From NCBI RefSeq assembly GCF_021028975.2, contig NC_059427.1, positions 80,042,001-80,106,000 of the forward strand: a stretch of DNA of 64,000 bases, in the 5' to 3' direction. Below the pieces are notes generated by a model. It saw only the letters and a list, made by a program, of their open reading frames with translations. It did not search any database and was not told where the DNA came from. Position 1 is the stretch's first letter; each line of letters opens with the position of its first letter. The translations under genes were made by a program, and so were the position numbers. This stretch comes from Sphaerodactylus townsendi. Lineage: Eukaryota. Shown here in pieces: positions 40,330 through 51,583 of this stretch.

Positions 40330-40558
40330 AGTTACATGTCCTCTCAAGATGGCAGCAAAAAGAGAATTGAGGGGATTTCTCCCTCCCCCTTCAACCTCAT
40401 GACTGTTTTGGCAAGAAATCTTCCTGCCTACAGCTCCAAGGGAGAGGGAGCACTGTTGATACAAGAATGTCTGAATAAAAGTTTGCTACTCTTCTCCGTG
40501 GCAGGCCTGTGGATGCGCAGTCCCACGTGGGACTGCACATAAGACCACAAAGATGAAT
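40330..40558 (-). mobile_element. DIRS-like terminal repeat (subfamily B), solitary
   Basis: Aligns with 49375-49580: tggc.g.aaaa..gaa.tgaggg...ctccccct...caggcctgtg....gcagtccc...gtggg.ctgca....accac.aagat.aa. Confidence 0.6.
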
Positions 40559-41321
40559 ATTTTACTCTTATTAGCAAAATGAACTGCCCTTAGCTTACCA
40601 AAATGGCAGTATAAAAATAACAGATTCCTAAATTTCAGCATATTATCACTGCATTCAACTGTCGAGGGGAAAGAATAACTTATGGCACACTGGCAATTAT
40701 GCTTGTCCAGGAAGAAAACCCAGCTGACTCACAACATTTTCAAAAGTATTTGTGGTGTTCCTGCAGTCTCATGACCCAACAATCCTGCTTAAGCTGAATT
40801 TTAAATAACAATATTCACACACCCCATACAAATACTAATATACTAAACCTTAGTATATTTTCTTCTAGCCCATAAACAACTCTAATGACATCGTATGACT
40901 TTAATTTTGATCTTTGGGCTTATTTATATCACCCTACTGTTTTACAGTAAAAAAAATTTTTTTGCCAGATTGCAGACACAAGGACAAAAACATAGTTGAC
41001 AGTGAATTAAAAGCTCAAAGGAGGATCAACTTAATGTCTTTGAGGTTTGGCATTTGGTCACATTAAACCACTGCACAATATAAACATCACTAATACCAGA
41101 ATATCCCAATTATGCAGCCACCCTTATGAAAACAGACAAACATTGATGAATGACAAGTTATGGCTAACAGCGCTGATCTACTTGCTTACTTTTACAAACC
41201 CTAACATGTCTACTTCAGGGTCTTGCAACAGTTCATCCAGAAGCCTTGTATATTGTGCATTGTACTCAATATATGGCACAGAACACCATACAGGCACTGC
41301 AACATCTACAATGTTCTGTAT

Positions 41322-41327
41322 TTTATT
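41322..41327 (-). promoter_or_regulatory. Candidate G3BP1 polyadenylation signal (others at 41778-41783 and 42041-42046)
   Basis: AATAAA on the minus strand about 1.26 kb after the stop, in an AU-rich, repeat-free UTR-like tract. Usage cannot be determined from sequence. Confidence 0.4.
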
Positions 41328-42589
41328 TTGTTTTATATACATTCAGCAAAGACAGATGTCTCATCGCGTATCCAATACTGTGAATATACTGCAGTGAAAA
41401 TGGATATTATCAGCATTAGGATTTTGTAGTTTTTAGCCCATATTAGAATGTCATTTTAAAGCTAATGATTGATGACGACTAACATCACAGTAACATACTA
41501 CAAAAACTGAACATAAGCATACTGTCAAGATTTATGGTTTCATTTCCCATGGTCACATAAGTGTGGAAGGCACTCACTTCAGAGCTAATGACTTTGTCAG
41601 TAAAGCTGGGGCCCTGTACATCTTCAAAAAGTTTTTAAAAATACATACCTATAAGTCCATTAAAAACAAGTCGTGCAACTCTCTAAACATGTACACCAAC
41701 GAGGAGGGGGTGAAAGAAACAGATCTCTTGAAAGATTTAAGCATACTCCAAAACTGGATAAAGCAAATCTAGACTTTTTTATTTTTTTAACAATTTGCCA
41801 AGACTGGAATGAGAGATAAATAGAAGGCACAACAATTTTGTTTTGTTTAATACAAATACAAACTAAACATGAAAAACCTCCCTATTTCAATAAAAAAATT
41901 CACAAATTCAGGAAGAGTGTTTTAAAGAGTCAAATTCTAGACATTTAAAACCTATCCCACAATCCTTGTAAGTGGTAAAGCAGTAGTGAGAATTCCTTTT
42001 CGTGATCATGTACCAAACAGAAAACATTCTATGGATACCCTTTATTCCACTTTTACAGCGCCACAGAGAAAAGGGTGAATGTTGATTTTCGAGCGGCAAC
42101 ACCTTCAGACCAGGGTTGGGTATTTCAGGTGATCCCCACCTCCCCATGTGATAAGCGGCTTTCCTTGCCCTTGAAATGTTTGTCAAGTGCTAGGTTCTCT
42201 CTCCCACAGACTCCAGAACACATGCAGCTGAAAAGGATAATTCCACTGACTGAAACGCTCCCCATTTCAGTAAAAATAACAAAAAAGCCACACATTCCAT
42301 TAGGAAAAACCACTGGTACCAAAAAAAATAAAAATCCAGTCCATATGTCTGCAGCAAGCAAGGATTCAGTTCAGTTCTTTTTAAAATCCACTTTTTCCTG
42401 AAATATTGTTCCACAAAGCTGGAATCTGGGACAAGGACTAGAAAAAAAAAATCACGAAACCAAACACAAACAAAATGGCCAAAATAGTATCAAACGTAGC
42501 AGTCTATAACAGGCTAGGGCCACATTCCAAGATACCCAAGGCTGAAATTCACAAATCTGCAGGAAGAAGGGTTTGTCTCATCACATCAA

Positions 42590-42796
42590 TCATTGGCGCT
42601 GCCCGATGCCCCTTCCAGTGCCAAATCCTGGTTTTTGAGACATCCCTCCACGTGGAGGACCTCGAATCCCACCTCCCAGCCCCCCACGGGTGCCACCAGG
42701 CCCACGGGGTCTGTTGTCTCGGCGATCACCCTCCCTGGCTGCTCGTGTTTTTTTCTCTTCCACATTCAAACGCACTTCACCTCTGAACATGATTGG
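42590..42796 (-). CDS. G3BP1: G3BP1 last coding exon (RRM end, RGG region, stop)
   Basis: CAG acceptor, 207 nt. [68 protein letters not shown]. Confidence 0.97.
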   Translation of the reverse strand, partial: PIMFRGEVRLNVEEKKTRAAREGDRRDNRPRGPGGTRGGLGGGIRGPPRGGMSQKPGFGTGRGIGQRQ

Positions 42797-43458
42797 CTGT
42801 AAGAGAAAAATAGTAAACTACTATCAATAACCTAGACACAAGAAAACAATCACAGTAAGGGCAAATCTGAATTCATTTGAGGTGTTATTTCACAGAGCAG
42901 ATACTGATATTAAAGAAAAGGAGACTTGACCCCCAAGTTATACGAAGTGTTCTTATGGATCCAGAGATCCCTTGCCTGAATTAAGGGCTCTTCCCTCCCA
43001 ACCTCTACTTACCTTGTACTAGCTGGGTGCCAAAATCACCTTGTCCAAAGTCATGATGAATTTTTAAAAAAAGAACTTAAGCTTCATCAATTCTTCTGAC
43101 TTGCAGCTTCAGCATGCATTCAAGATTTTATAGGAAGCTTTGCATGACAATGATTTCAAACCACCACCAATTAATGTTGTAGTTCAGCCAAGGGTTAATA
43201 CATACTCAAGGCATGACATTCACACTTTGGCCTTTCTCTATGGTTCCTACTCTAAAGCAGGGAGAGTGTTTGTTGTTTTGTTTCTAAATGGAATCTGGGA
43301 ATGGAACCTTGCCTGTTGAGTATCCTTGCTCTGAACAAAAGCAATGCAAACAACATTCTAGTTCGCATCCTTGAAATGGTTATTTGAAATGAGCAAATTT
43401 AGTAGATCTCAAGTATGACCCTTGTCACTTAAACATTACTTGTTTGAATTTAATGTAC

Positions 43459-43568
43459 CCTATTGCCCAGGATCTTCTGAACCGGTTCTGGATCATCAAA
43501 CACCACAAATCCAAAGTTAGGGAGTTTTCCTCCACTGTTGATACGTAGTTCCACCACATTCCCATAAC
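43459..43568 (-). CDS. G3BP1: G3BP1 coding exon 10 (RRM, RNP1)
   Basis: 110 nt, AG/GT. (S)[36 protein letters not shown]. Confidence 0.96.
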
Positions 43569-43686
43569 CTGCAAGAGAATTTCCAAGTTCTTTGATCACA
43601 CATTAGACTGTTCCAGAGAAAAAGCATGTACTCTTAGACACAAACCCCCAAGCCCCACCACTAGAAAAACAAAGCCCGTGACTTAC

Positions 43687-43812
43687 TTTGGAAAAAGTCC
43701 TTTAGTTCTGATTTATCCACATCATGAGGGAGATTTCCAACGAACAGCTGGTGACTGTCTGGGTACCTCACGATTCGTCTAGTTTCCATATCACTCTGCT
43801 CACCTTCCCGCA
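43687..43812 (-). CDS. G3BP1: G3BP1 coding exon 9 (RRM start, RNP2)
   Basis: 126 nt, AAG acceptor, GTAAGT donor. (M)[41 protein letters not shown]. Confidence 0.95.
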
Positions 43813-43944
43813 CTTAAATTAAAAATAGAGATAATATACTGCAAAAAAATTGCATTTAATATTTTGAATGTCATGACACTTTTTACAATAGTTTATGAAA
43901 ATCATTCTAGAGATAAATTTGCAGTTCAGTCCACTGCTGCCAAG

Positions 43945-44008
43945 AAGCACCGCCCAGAGCCCTCCGGGGATAGGGTGGTATAGAAAACGAAACAATAAAT
44001 AAATAAAG
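43945..44008 (+). mobile_element. L2-type LINE 3' tail fragment (similar one at about 44605-44662)
   Basis: ccgcccagagccctccggggatagggtggtata...(aata)n. The second copy reads ccagagctccttggggatggggtggtataaaag...(aata)n. Confidence 0.55.
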
Positions 44009-44409
44009 TTGTGGCAGATTTAAATGGTAAAATTGATTGTATTTTATTTGACCTGTCTTAATTGTTTTCTGACCTTCTTTTCATTGGTGATTTGTAATAT
44101 TTTGGAATACCAGCCCTTATGGTTTCCCTCTGGACATTAAACTCTCTACTATTATAGAGATAACATTTCAGATACAACCTACAAACACTCACAATTTTCC
44201 CTTTCAAAGCCTGAGTCATCAACATGCAAGTGCTTAAAACAAAACAAAAAATTTGTTGCAGCATTTCAAACATCAAAATATTGGGATGAGCTTATTTTAC
44301 AGAACTGAGTGCTTCTGGGTATCATCAGAGAAATTAAAATGTTCAATAAATAGCACCCAACTTAGTAGGTTTAAATAATGAGGGGGAATACTTTTAAAGC
44401 TCCTCTTAC

Positions 44410-44521
44410 TTGGTCTGGGACCTCTTTGTGGGGGGATGTTTGTCCGTTGCTCTCGCACCCTCTGGTCCCGCTGAGATCTCTGTGGTGGAGTCTGGGATTC
44501 AGTCTTAGACTCAGGACGGGG
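44410..44521 (-). CDS. G3BP1: G3BP1 coding exon 8 (PxxP region)
   Basis: 112 nt, TAG/GTAAG. PRPESKTESQTPPQRSQRDQRVREQRTNIPPQRGPRP. Confidence 0.96.
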
Positions 44522-45642
44522 CTACAAAAATGCAACAATAGAAATGTGATATGCAGAAACCAGGCAATGTTGTATCTTACAAAAATATTCCTCCAAAAAT
44601 ATTCCTCCAGAGCTCCTTGGGGATGGGGTGGTATAAAAGTTTAAACAATAAATAAATAAATACATTTTAACCACTGTGACATTTATGGCCCTTGGAACTT
44701 CAGGAGGTAAGGGATTACATTCAACAGTCAGACTACAGAAAGCAGCCAATCTTCTTCACTTTTCAGGGTCTGTCTTTTTGACTGATGAGATATGGAAAAT
44801 CAATCTGAGCAGGAAGCTGTAATGAGAAGGTGCTCCTTCTCATGGTGCACCCCATGTGCCTGAAAGGATGGTGGCTGCTTGTTGTTGTCACAATACTGCA
44901 GTCTCACTGGCCGTTCAAATGCAAGGGTCCTTCCTAAAAGCTGTAATGGTGTGCCAGACCAAAAAGGTATAGCCAATCAACAAACTAGGATGGTTATGAT
45001 GTTGAAGACAGGGAAGAGACTGTACCTGCAGCAGAGAAATTAAGACTAGCAAGCTTAGTAGCCTGTCCCAACACAATGAAGAAGGGTGGGAAGGAAAAGG
45101 AAGCTGAGCTGCAGAGGAATGCGTTTACAATTTGGCCTATTTGTCACTCCAATACTTAGACTGGAGCTGCCCATCTAGAACTAAATGACAACAGAAGTTT
45201 ATACACTTCACTCCTCCCCCTTCCCAGACTAGCTCCAGTGAGCACACAGGCAGGCTTGCCCTCTCAAATTTTAAGAGACTGAAACAGTACTGACAGAAAT
45301 AAAGAAACCTTCTCAAAATAATTTGACCATTGTCTGGAATGACAGTGAGCAAGTCCATCAGCACTAATCAGTAGGCACAAGTGACACTTGTGCAAACAAA
45401 ATACACAGCACTTCAAATTACTATGGACATACCAGCTAAGAAAATTCATAAAGAAGGCAACACCAAAAACGCAAAATTACATTTTTTCCTACTACTTGTA
45501 TGCTAACTTAAAGATGAAATGCTTGGATTCCCTATAACAACTATCATAGTTATTTGGTATGAGAAATTAATGTTAACTCAATATTACATCTAGTGGGCCT
45601 TGGCAGTTAAGGTCATCAGTTGCTTTAAAAATATATTCCTAC

Positions 45643-45744
45643 CTGTGAAGCAGGTAATTTGACAACATGAGGCGGTATGCCTGATACTGGAACAGCTCCA
45701 CTTGGTGGAAGATTCTTACTGGTTACAGAGGCCCATGATGATGT
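45643..45744 (-). CDS. G3BP1: G3BP1 coding exon 7
   Basis: 102 nt, [42 protein letters not shown]. Confidence 0.96.
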
Positions 45745-47044
45745 CTAACAGGAACAAACAATATTTTAGGCATTTCTGAGAGAACCTACATGTCAGTGCT
45801 CTTCAAAATTACACAGGGTACCTGTCACATTTTCACATTTTTCTTCAAAATGACCCCACATATCACTAGCTAATCTTTTCAGGAGGAACCATTTATACGG
45901 ATATATATCAAACAACATCCTTTCAAATTCTCCCAAAAGCTGGGATGAGATGTAGACATGCTCCAACAGTGTTGTTTCCAAGATTAACCATTCACAAAAT
46001 CCATATGTTGAATAATGATAAGGATTGAGACAATCCCTCAAGAATGACAACAGGAAAAGTGGCTATTTTTATATTGAGCTGAAAATAATTACTGCACTGA
46101 TTGAACATCAATTATGAAAATAAGCCAGTAAATCCACAAACTTGCACACACCCACCAAGTCATTCTTCTCCTCACATGACTCAAAGTAATTAATAACCAA
46201 CTAGTTTTGTTGATGTTCAAATACCATGTCAATTTGACTACAACCCAGGATTCTAAATAATAAATCCAATTTTAGAATCCATGTCAGTAGCAGTTTATGT
46301 TCTACCTGATTTGGGCATAACAAACTGCAGTCTGTGTTTTCATGCCTTACTGTAGTCTTCATGTTGGAAGTCTTCATGTCACACGGAGGGACAAAGTATA
46401 GAAGCCCAAGCACTTCCCGACTCATTTGTATTATGAGCAAACCAGAAAGAGCTCGGGCTATCTGAAGGGGGGGAGGGGGGTCTGCAGGAATTCTGGAGGC
46501 CATGGCTACCTAACATTTCACAGCTGCACAGGGCAACTACACAAGGGCCAGAATCAACAATAATGTTCTGTCATAAATCTAACACTATTACTGACACATA
46601 AAAATTATGAAACATGACAACTAGGGAAGTGTGTTCAGATATTTCCAGTCTCAATAAATATCCTTAAAAATACCTTACTGGTATTTTCCAGATATATTTG
46701 GGTATCTGGATGGTATCTAGGATATAGGTAAATGGGCCCCCAAAATTCTGGAAATATTCAGGAGTAACCAAAAATAAAGGGCCAACATTTTAAGACTCCC
46801 AGGAACGTTTTTCTTTAATTTTGCTTTGTGTGTGTGTCAGTGTCTTCTTGCCAAGTTTTGGTGGCATGAATTCTGTACTTTGAGATTGGTTCTGTTGACC
46901 CTGAAACACTGTGTTTGGCTGAGAGATACATAACTGGATTTTTTTCAAGCAAGCATAATGGAGAAAGATTTGTGACACAATCTACCTAAGAACAACATGA
47001 GGGTTTTGAAAGCTTTTGACAGATCTCTCCCATGTCTGTCTGTG

Positions 47045-47248
47045 TGTGCATGTGTAAAGTATTGTCAAATCACAGCCGACTTATGACAACTCAGTAGGGT
47101 TTTCAAGGCAAAAGTCTTACAAAAATGGTTTGCCATTGCCTTCCTCTGCATAGTGACCCTGGAATTCCTTGGTGGCTTTCCAACCAAGTACTAACCAGGA
47201 CTGACCGTGCTTAGCTTCTGAGATCTGAAGAAAGCAGGCTAGCCTGGG
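47045..47248 (-). mobile_element. 5S-rRNA-derived SINE with an RTE/BovB-like tail
   Basis: Minus strand gatctcagaagctaagcacggtcagtcctggttagtacttggttggaaagcc versus 5S rRNA gatctcggaagctaagcagggtcgggcctggttagtacttggatgggagacc. Followed by ggcaatggcaaacca and a (CA)n tail. Confidence 0.82.
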
Positions 47249-47323
47249 TAACTTAACAGAACACCCTAAACATGCAGAAGAACTTGATGAAGAACCCCAA
47301 TGAAAATATAATTCACATATTAC

Positions 47324-47528
47324 CCTGGAGTCCTCTTGTACCACTGGAGCTGGGTCTGCCGGAACAGGAGAAGGACTTTTTTCTACTGTTTCCTCAGGAG
47401 TTGTCTCCTCCAGAACTGGCTCAGGTTTTTCTTCCTGGGTCTCTGGTTCGGGCTCCTGTTCAGGCTCAGGCTCAGCCTCTTGTTCTGTCTCTGCAGCTGG
47501 TTCTTCCAACTGCTCTTCCAAGTCATTG
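47324..47528 (-). CDS. G3BP1: G3BP1 coding exon 6 (acidic IDR)
   Basis: 205 nt, CAG/GTAAT. NDLEEQLEEPAAETEQEAEPEPEQEPEPETQEEKPEPVLEETTPEETVEKSPSPVPADPAPVVQEDSR. Confidence 0.95.
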
Positions 47529-47599
47529 CTGCAGAAGAGAAACGTATTCACTATGGCAATCAACTCAATGTGGGTAACAACTAAGTTCCCAAAATGACA

Positions 47600-49580
47600 C
47601 CGGTTGGGGCAGTCTATGAAAAAAAAAGGAACCAACATGTAGCCAGGAGGCAGAAACCTTTTCCCTGGGTTGATTCCTGGAAGAAGTCCCAACATTCTCC
47701 CCTTCTTGGTAAGCGTTTGGCATGGGGTTGAAGGAAGACAGGGTAGCTTTGATTCTGCTATGAAAAATTGGAATCAGGACGCTTGTACTGCCAGCTATTA
47801 AAGGAATGATGAAGGAAAATACCTCTGCTTGTTATTTTAGGATTGGGGTGAGATACCCAAAGACTATGACATGGATGTCGCTATCCAGAATTTGCAGAAG
47901 GTATGTCAAGCATCGCTAATTTGCTGCTGGCTGAAGCCAAACCCCTTCAAGGGGAGTCTCCTGGCCTAGAGCCTTAGGATTGTCTGGCAATACTGAAGGC
48001 AAGTTGTTCCTAGGCAATCTGGTAGTAACACGTTGCCATAAAGATAGCCACTTTCGTTTCCAAGGGAGCAACTGAATATAAACTTATGACCAACTAAGGG
48101 GGAGATTGAATTGCAACCCTGCTATAGGATGGGACAATAGATACAACCATAGAGCTTGTCTATGGGAAAGGAACTTGCAGCCTTCCTTCTGAACTCTATA
48201 CCGACTCTGCAGTTTGTTAGTAGATGAAAGCCCATTAGCGAGTCTAGACCAAGCAGAACTCGACAAGGTCAGGAAAGATGTGGCAATAAGCAATACAATA
48301 AAGGGTATTGTCAAGTGGCACGAAGGCATGTTGTGCCCCAGGTGGGGCAGAGTGGACTGATAAGATCAGAGCTTTGGCCATCCGGACCAAGTGCTCCGAG
48401 AAGCGACACTAACCACCTGAGGGTGAAGACACGGGCTGTCTTCCTGTCGAGTCCTCAGGACAGGTCTGAAAGGTGAAAAGACCTATCATCAGAGCCTCTT
48501 TTATCATGGCGCCATGTGGTTTGGCTCCAACTAGCCTTGGCACCAAGCAGATCAGCTCCAAAGAACGTTGGCACTGGTTAACAATTTTTCACCAATCTTC
48601 ACCTTAGGACCGTTCCTTTGACAGAGTTCTGAGTAGCTCAGGTTAGAGAAAGCCTGGAGGGTCCCATGAGGCACAGAAACAGAGGCTGGGGAATGAGATA
48701 CCTTCTCGCCTTGCTCTGAAGTGCCCAAAAGAGCAAGAGACTTTCCATACAGGACCAGCTACAGATCCTATTCTGCCTGGCCCTCAGTTAGGAGGCACAG
48801 GAGTTTCCAAAGAAGACGAAGCTGGAACCAAAAGAGGCAATTCTCATGACTAACAGTATTAGCCATATTGAACGTGTAAGTCACACAGCTCTTGAAAAAT
48901 ATAAATGAAAATACCCCACAGCGTCTGAGGTCTGATGTGTAGGGAAGAATGTCAGCAGTGATGAAGAAAGAGCTTCTTGAAAGAAGGGCAGAGGCCTACG
49001 CAACTTCCATGGTAGAAAAGAAAAAAAAACACAATTTTTGACAAGAAAATAATCTCACAGGGTCAGAGGCCTGATGTGAGGTAAAGAATAAGAAGAGCTG
49101 AAGGAAAAACTTCCTTAAGGGCAGAACCCTTCTCATCATCCATGGTAAAATAGAAAAAACTCACAATTTCAACAATGAAGCAACCTCACAGAGCCTGAGG
49201 GTTGGTGTGAGGAAGAGAAACATCACCACTGAAGCAATAACTACTGAAAAAGGGCAAAGACCTTTCCAACTTTCATTGTAGAAGGGAAAAAAATTCACAA
49301 TTTTGATGAAAAACTGCCTCACAGGGCCTGGTGTGAGACAAAGAACCAGCAGAGCTGAAGCAAGACCTTCTTTTCCCATGGCGGTAAAAGAAGAACTGAG
49401 GGAATAGCACTCCTCCCCCTCCCATTACGTGACCAATTGGGTGGGAATTTTCCCTCCCAAGAAGAGGGAAAGCAAGTGCTCCTCAGAACTGTCGAGGAGA
49501 CAAAAAGCTCGAAATCTGTGACAGGCCTGTGTAAGGGCAGTCCCCAATGTGGGGCTGCATAGAACACCCACGAAGATAAA
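47600..49580 (-). mobile_element. DIRS-like retroelement remnant (terminal repeat 49375-49580 plus decayed gag-like ORF)
   Basis: Terminal matches 40330-40558. Minus-strand peptides YRVQKEGCKFLSH and QQQISDA*HT resemble vertebrate DIRS gag. The left boundary is uncertain. Confidence 0.55.
48914..49372. repeat. Degenerate ~133-bp tandem repeat, about 3.4 copies
   Basis: Units start at 48914, 49053, 49184 and 49317. Shared motifs c(c/t)cacag, tg.tgtg, tgaag, aagggca, cat.gta, acaattt. Confidence 0.8.
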
Positions 49581-49770
49581 CTGATATTCTCAAATTAATA
49601 TTCTTCACAAGCACTGTTAAAATAAAAATAAAATTTCCAAGTCGTGTCCTAAAATAAACAAACTATATACTTAATAACCTATTAAATGACTTAAAACTTA
49701 TGGGATCAGTTAAATACTATTATTCAGGAGAAAGGGATTGTTGTTTTTTCAAACACTGCAGCCATCAGTA

Positions 49771-50064
49771 GAAGAAGAAGAAGAGTTTGGATTTATATCC
49801 CCCCTTTCTCTCCTGTAGGAGACTCAAAGAGGCTTATAATATCCTTGCCCTTCCTCCCTCACAACAAACACCCTGTGAGGTGGGTGGGGCTGAGAGAGCT
49901 CTGAAAAGCTGTGACTAGCCCAAGGTCACCCAGCTGGTGTGTGTGGGAGTGCACAGGCTAATCTGAATTCCCCAGATAAGCCTCCACAACTCAAGTGGCA
50001 GAGCTGGGAATCAAACCCAGTTCCTCCAGATCAGAGTGCACCTGCTCTTAGCCACTACCGCTCC
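49771..50064 (-). mobile_element. tRNA-derived squamate SINE (Squam3-like), near full length
   Basis: Minus-strand head ggtagtggctaagagcag...gggtttgattccc (A/B boxes), core gctgggtgaccttgggctagtcac, L2-like tail and (TTC)n end. Confidence 0.85.
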
Positions 50065-50093
50065 CAAACTGTTAAGAAGGGGTGAGAATTTAC

Positions 50094-50187
50094 CTGACAG
50101 ACTGATCGTAGTAGGCTGCAGAATCATCAGCAACTGCCTCAGGCGTTTGCTGCCTTTCTTCAGGTTCTTCAGTCTCTTCTTCAGATT
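50094..50187 (-). CDS. G3BP1: G3BP1 coding exon 5 (acidic region with the S149-equivalent)
   Basis: 94 nt, CAG/GTAAA. (E)SEEETEEPEERQQTPEAVADDSAAYYDQSV(S). Confidence 0.95.
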
Positions 50188-50561
50188 CTGATGGCGTCAA
50201 AAGACAATTTGATCCATCAACAAGAAAAAGGTTGATCGTACAAGTCAAATAGGCTCAATAATTTGTATAGGAGTTACATAGAAAGGCCACTGCAGCTACC
50301 TGAAATACTTATTTGACAGTCCTTGTACAAAATAATTTTAAATCTTTACAAATTTGAAGGTGGCCTTCTATTACTTTCAACTCTTACATCTATACAGCAT
50401 GTAAATGTTAAAAAATATTCATACAATATACCAGTCTCAACTCGAAAGAGGAATGGGAAATTGAAGGGAAGTGGATGGAGCATCAATACTCGTTAGTATG
50501 GTTATGAATCCAATCTAGCAGTTCAAAACTATTTCAAAAGTAATTGAAAGAAAACCAACAT

Positions 50562-50706
50562 CTAGATTTGAGACCAGTAGTACATTCGAGACCAATGAGA
50601 TTTTCAAGATAGAAGCTTTTAAGAGTCAAAGCTCCCTTTGCCAAATACAAAGCTCATACCCAGAAAATCCTGTTTGTCTCTAACGTGCTACTGGGCTTCT
50701 ATCTAG
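50562..50706. mobile_element. Palindromic Penelope-derived terminal pair with a decayed hammerhead motif
   Basis: Inverted arms ccagtagtacattcgagaccaatgagattttc (50574-50605) / gaaaatcctgtttgtctctaacgtgctactgg (50663-50694). Confidence 0.65.
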
Positions 50707-51492
50707 CTGATCTACAGCATGGCTACCCTTTGAAACAGCCTCTGAAATACATCCGCCTTCTGTTCTAGCTGAAGTTTATAAACACTTTCCACCATCACCC
50801 CACTTAATGAATGTTATAACAGTCTAGTCGTAAGATTACAAAAAGGCATGATTGAGTAGCTATTATAGCTTTATTTACTAGATTAACATCCAACTACTAC
50901 AATAAAAATGCAACCCTTTTCTCAATGTTTTGTTGCATAAAATATTTGCGAGAAGCAATCTTGGGATCCTTCATCAAGATCTAAATTCTCGCATTCCCAG
51001 GATGTATTTGGGGAGAGGGAGAGAGTCAGAATTCTAAAACCATTCTCTGCCACATCTGGTGTTGTAAAACACAATTCCCAAAAGACAAAAAGGTGAAAAA
51101 CATGTACAAAGCATATCTGCCCGTAGGTGCCAGTGTTACCAGTTGAGGAAGAATTTTTTTAAAAAAATTAATTTTTACCCAAATACTTGCCAAGCACCTT
51201 GAAACTGCAGTAACAATTCCATATTGAACCACAGGAAATTCATCTCTCATTCCTTCAAAGTGGGTGGACTACTACTTCTACTGCTGAAGTTTTAAGGCCC
51301 AGTTAATTGAGCTATTTCATTTGGTCTGATGCTGTGAATTCAATTATATTTCCTTTTGGTAAGTAGCTTGAATATAGATCTTTAAGTTATAATGTACACT
51401 GTTCAATATTCACAATTAATCCAGGAGAGAATTAATCCAGGAGAGAATATACTAGTGGAACTTTAAAGAGTAAGACAAATCACATTACTTAC

Positions 51493-51583
51493 CCTCAGCA
51501 GGTTCAGTGTCTAAGTCACCAAACACTTCATCCTGATAGCGGAAAATGTCATTATGAACATAAAACTTGTTTGCAACAGATCC
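51493..51583 (-). CDS. G3BP1: G3BP1 coding exon 4 (NTF2L end)
   Basis: 91 nt, [38 protein letters not shown]. Confidence 0.97.

Noticed and set aside
47150-47248. 5S rRNA gene
   Set aside because: Diverged, incomplete at the 5' end, fused to a LINE-like tail and present as dispersed copies: a SINE.
47117-47695. 192-aa ORF as an independent gene
   Set aside because: It is a G3BP1 exon read through into intron and SINE sequence.
51513-51526. FGDL in G3BP1 as a self-binding FGDF-like motif
   Set aside because: It lacks the final Phe, and FGD at this position also occurs in G3BP2, so it is probably just ancestral sequence.
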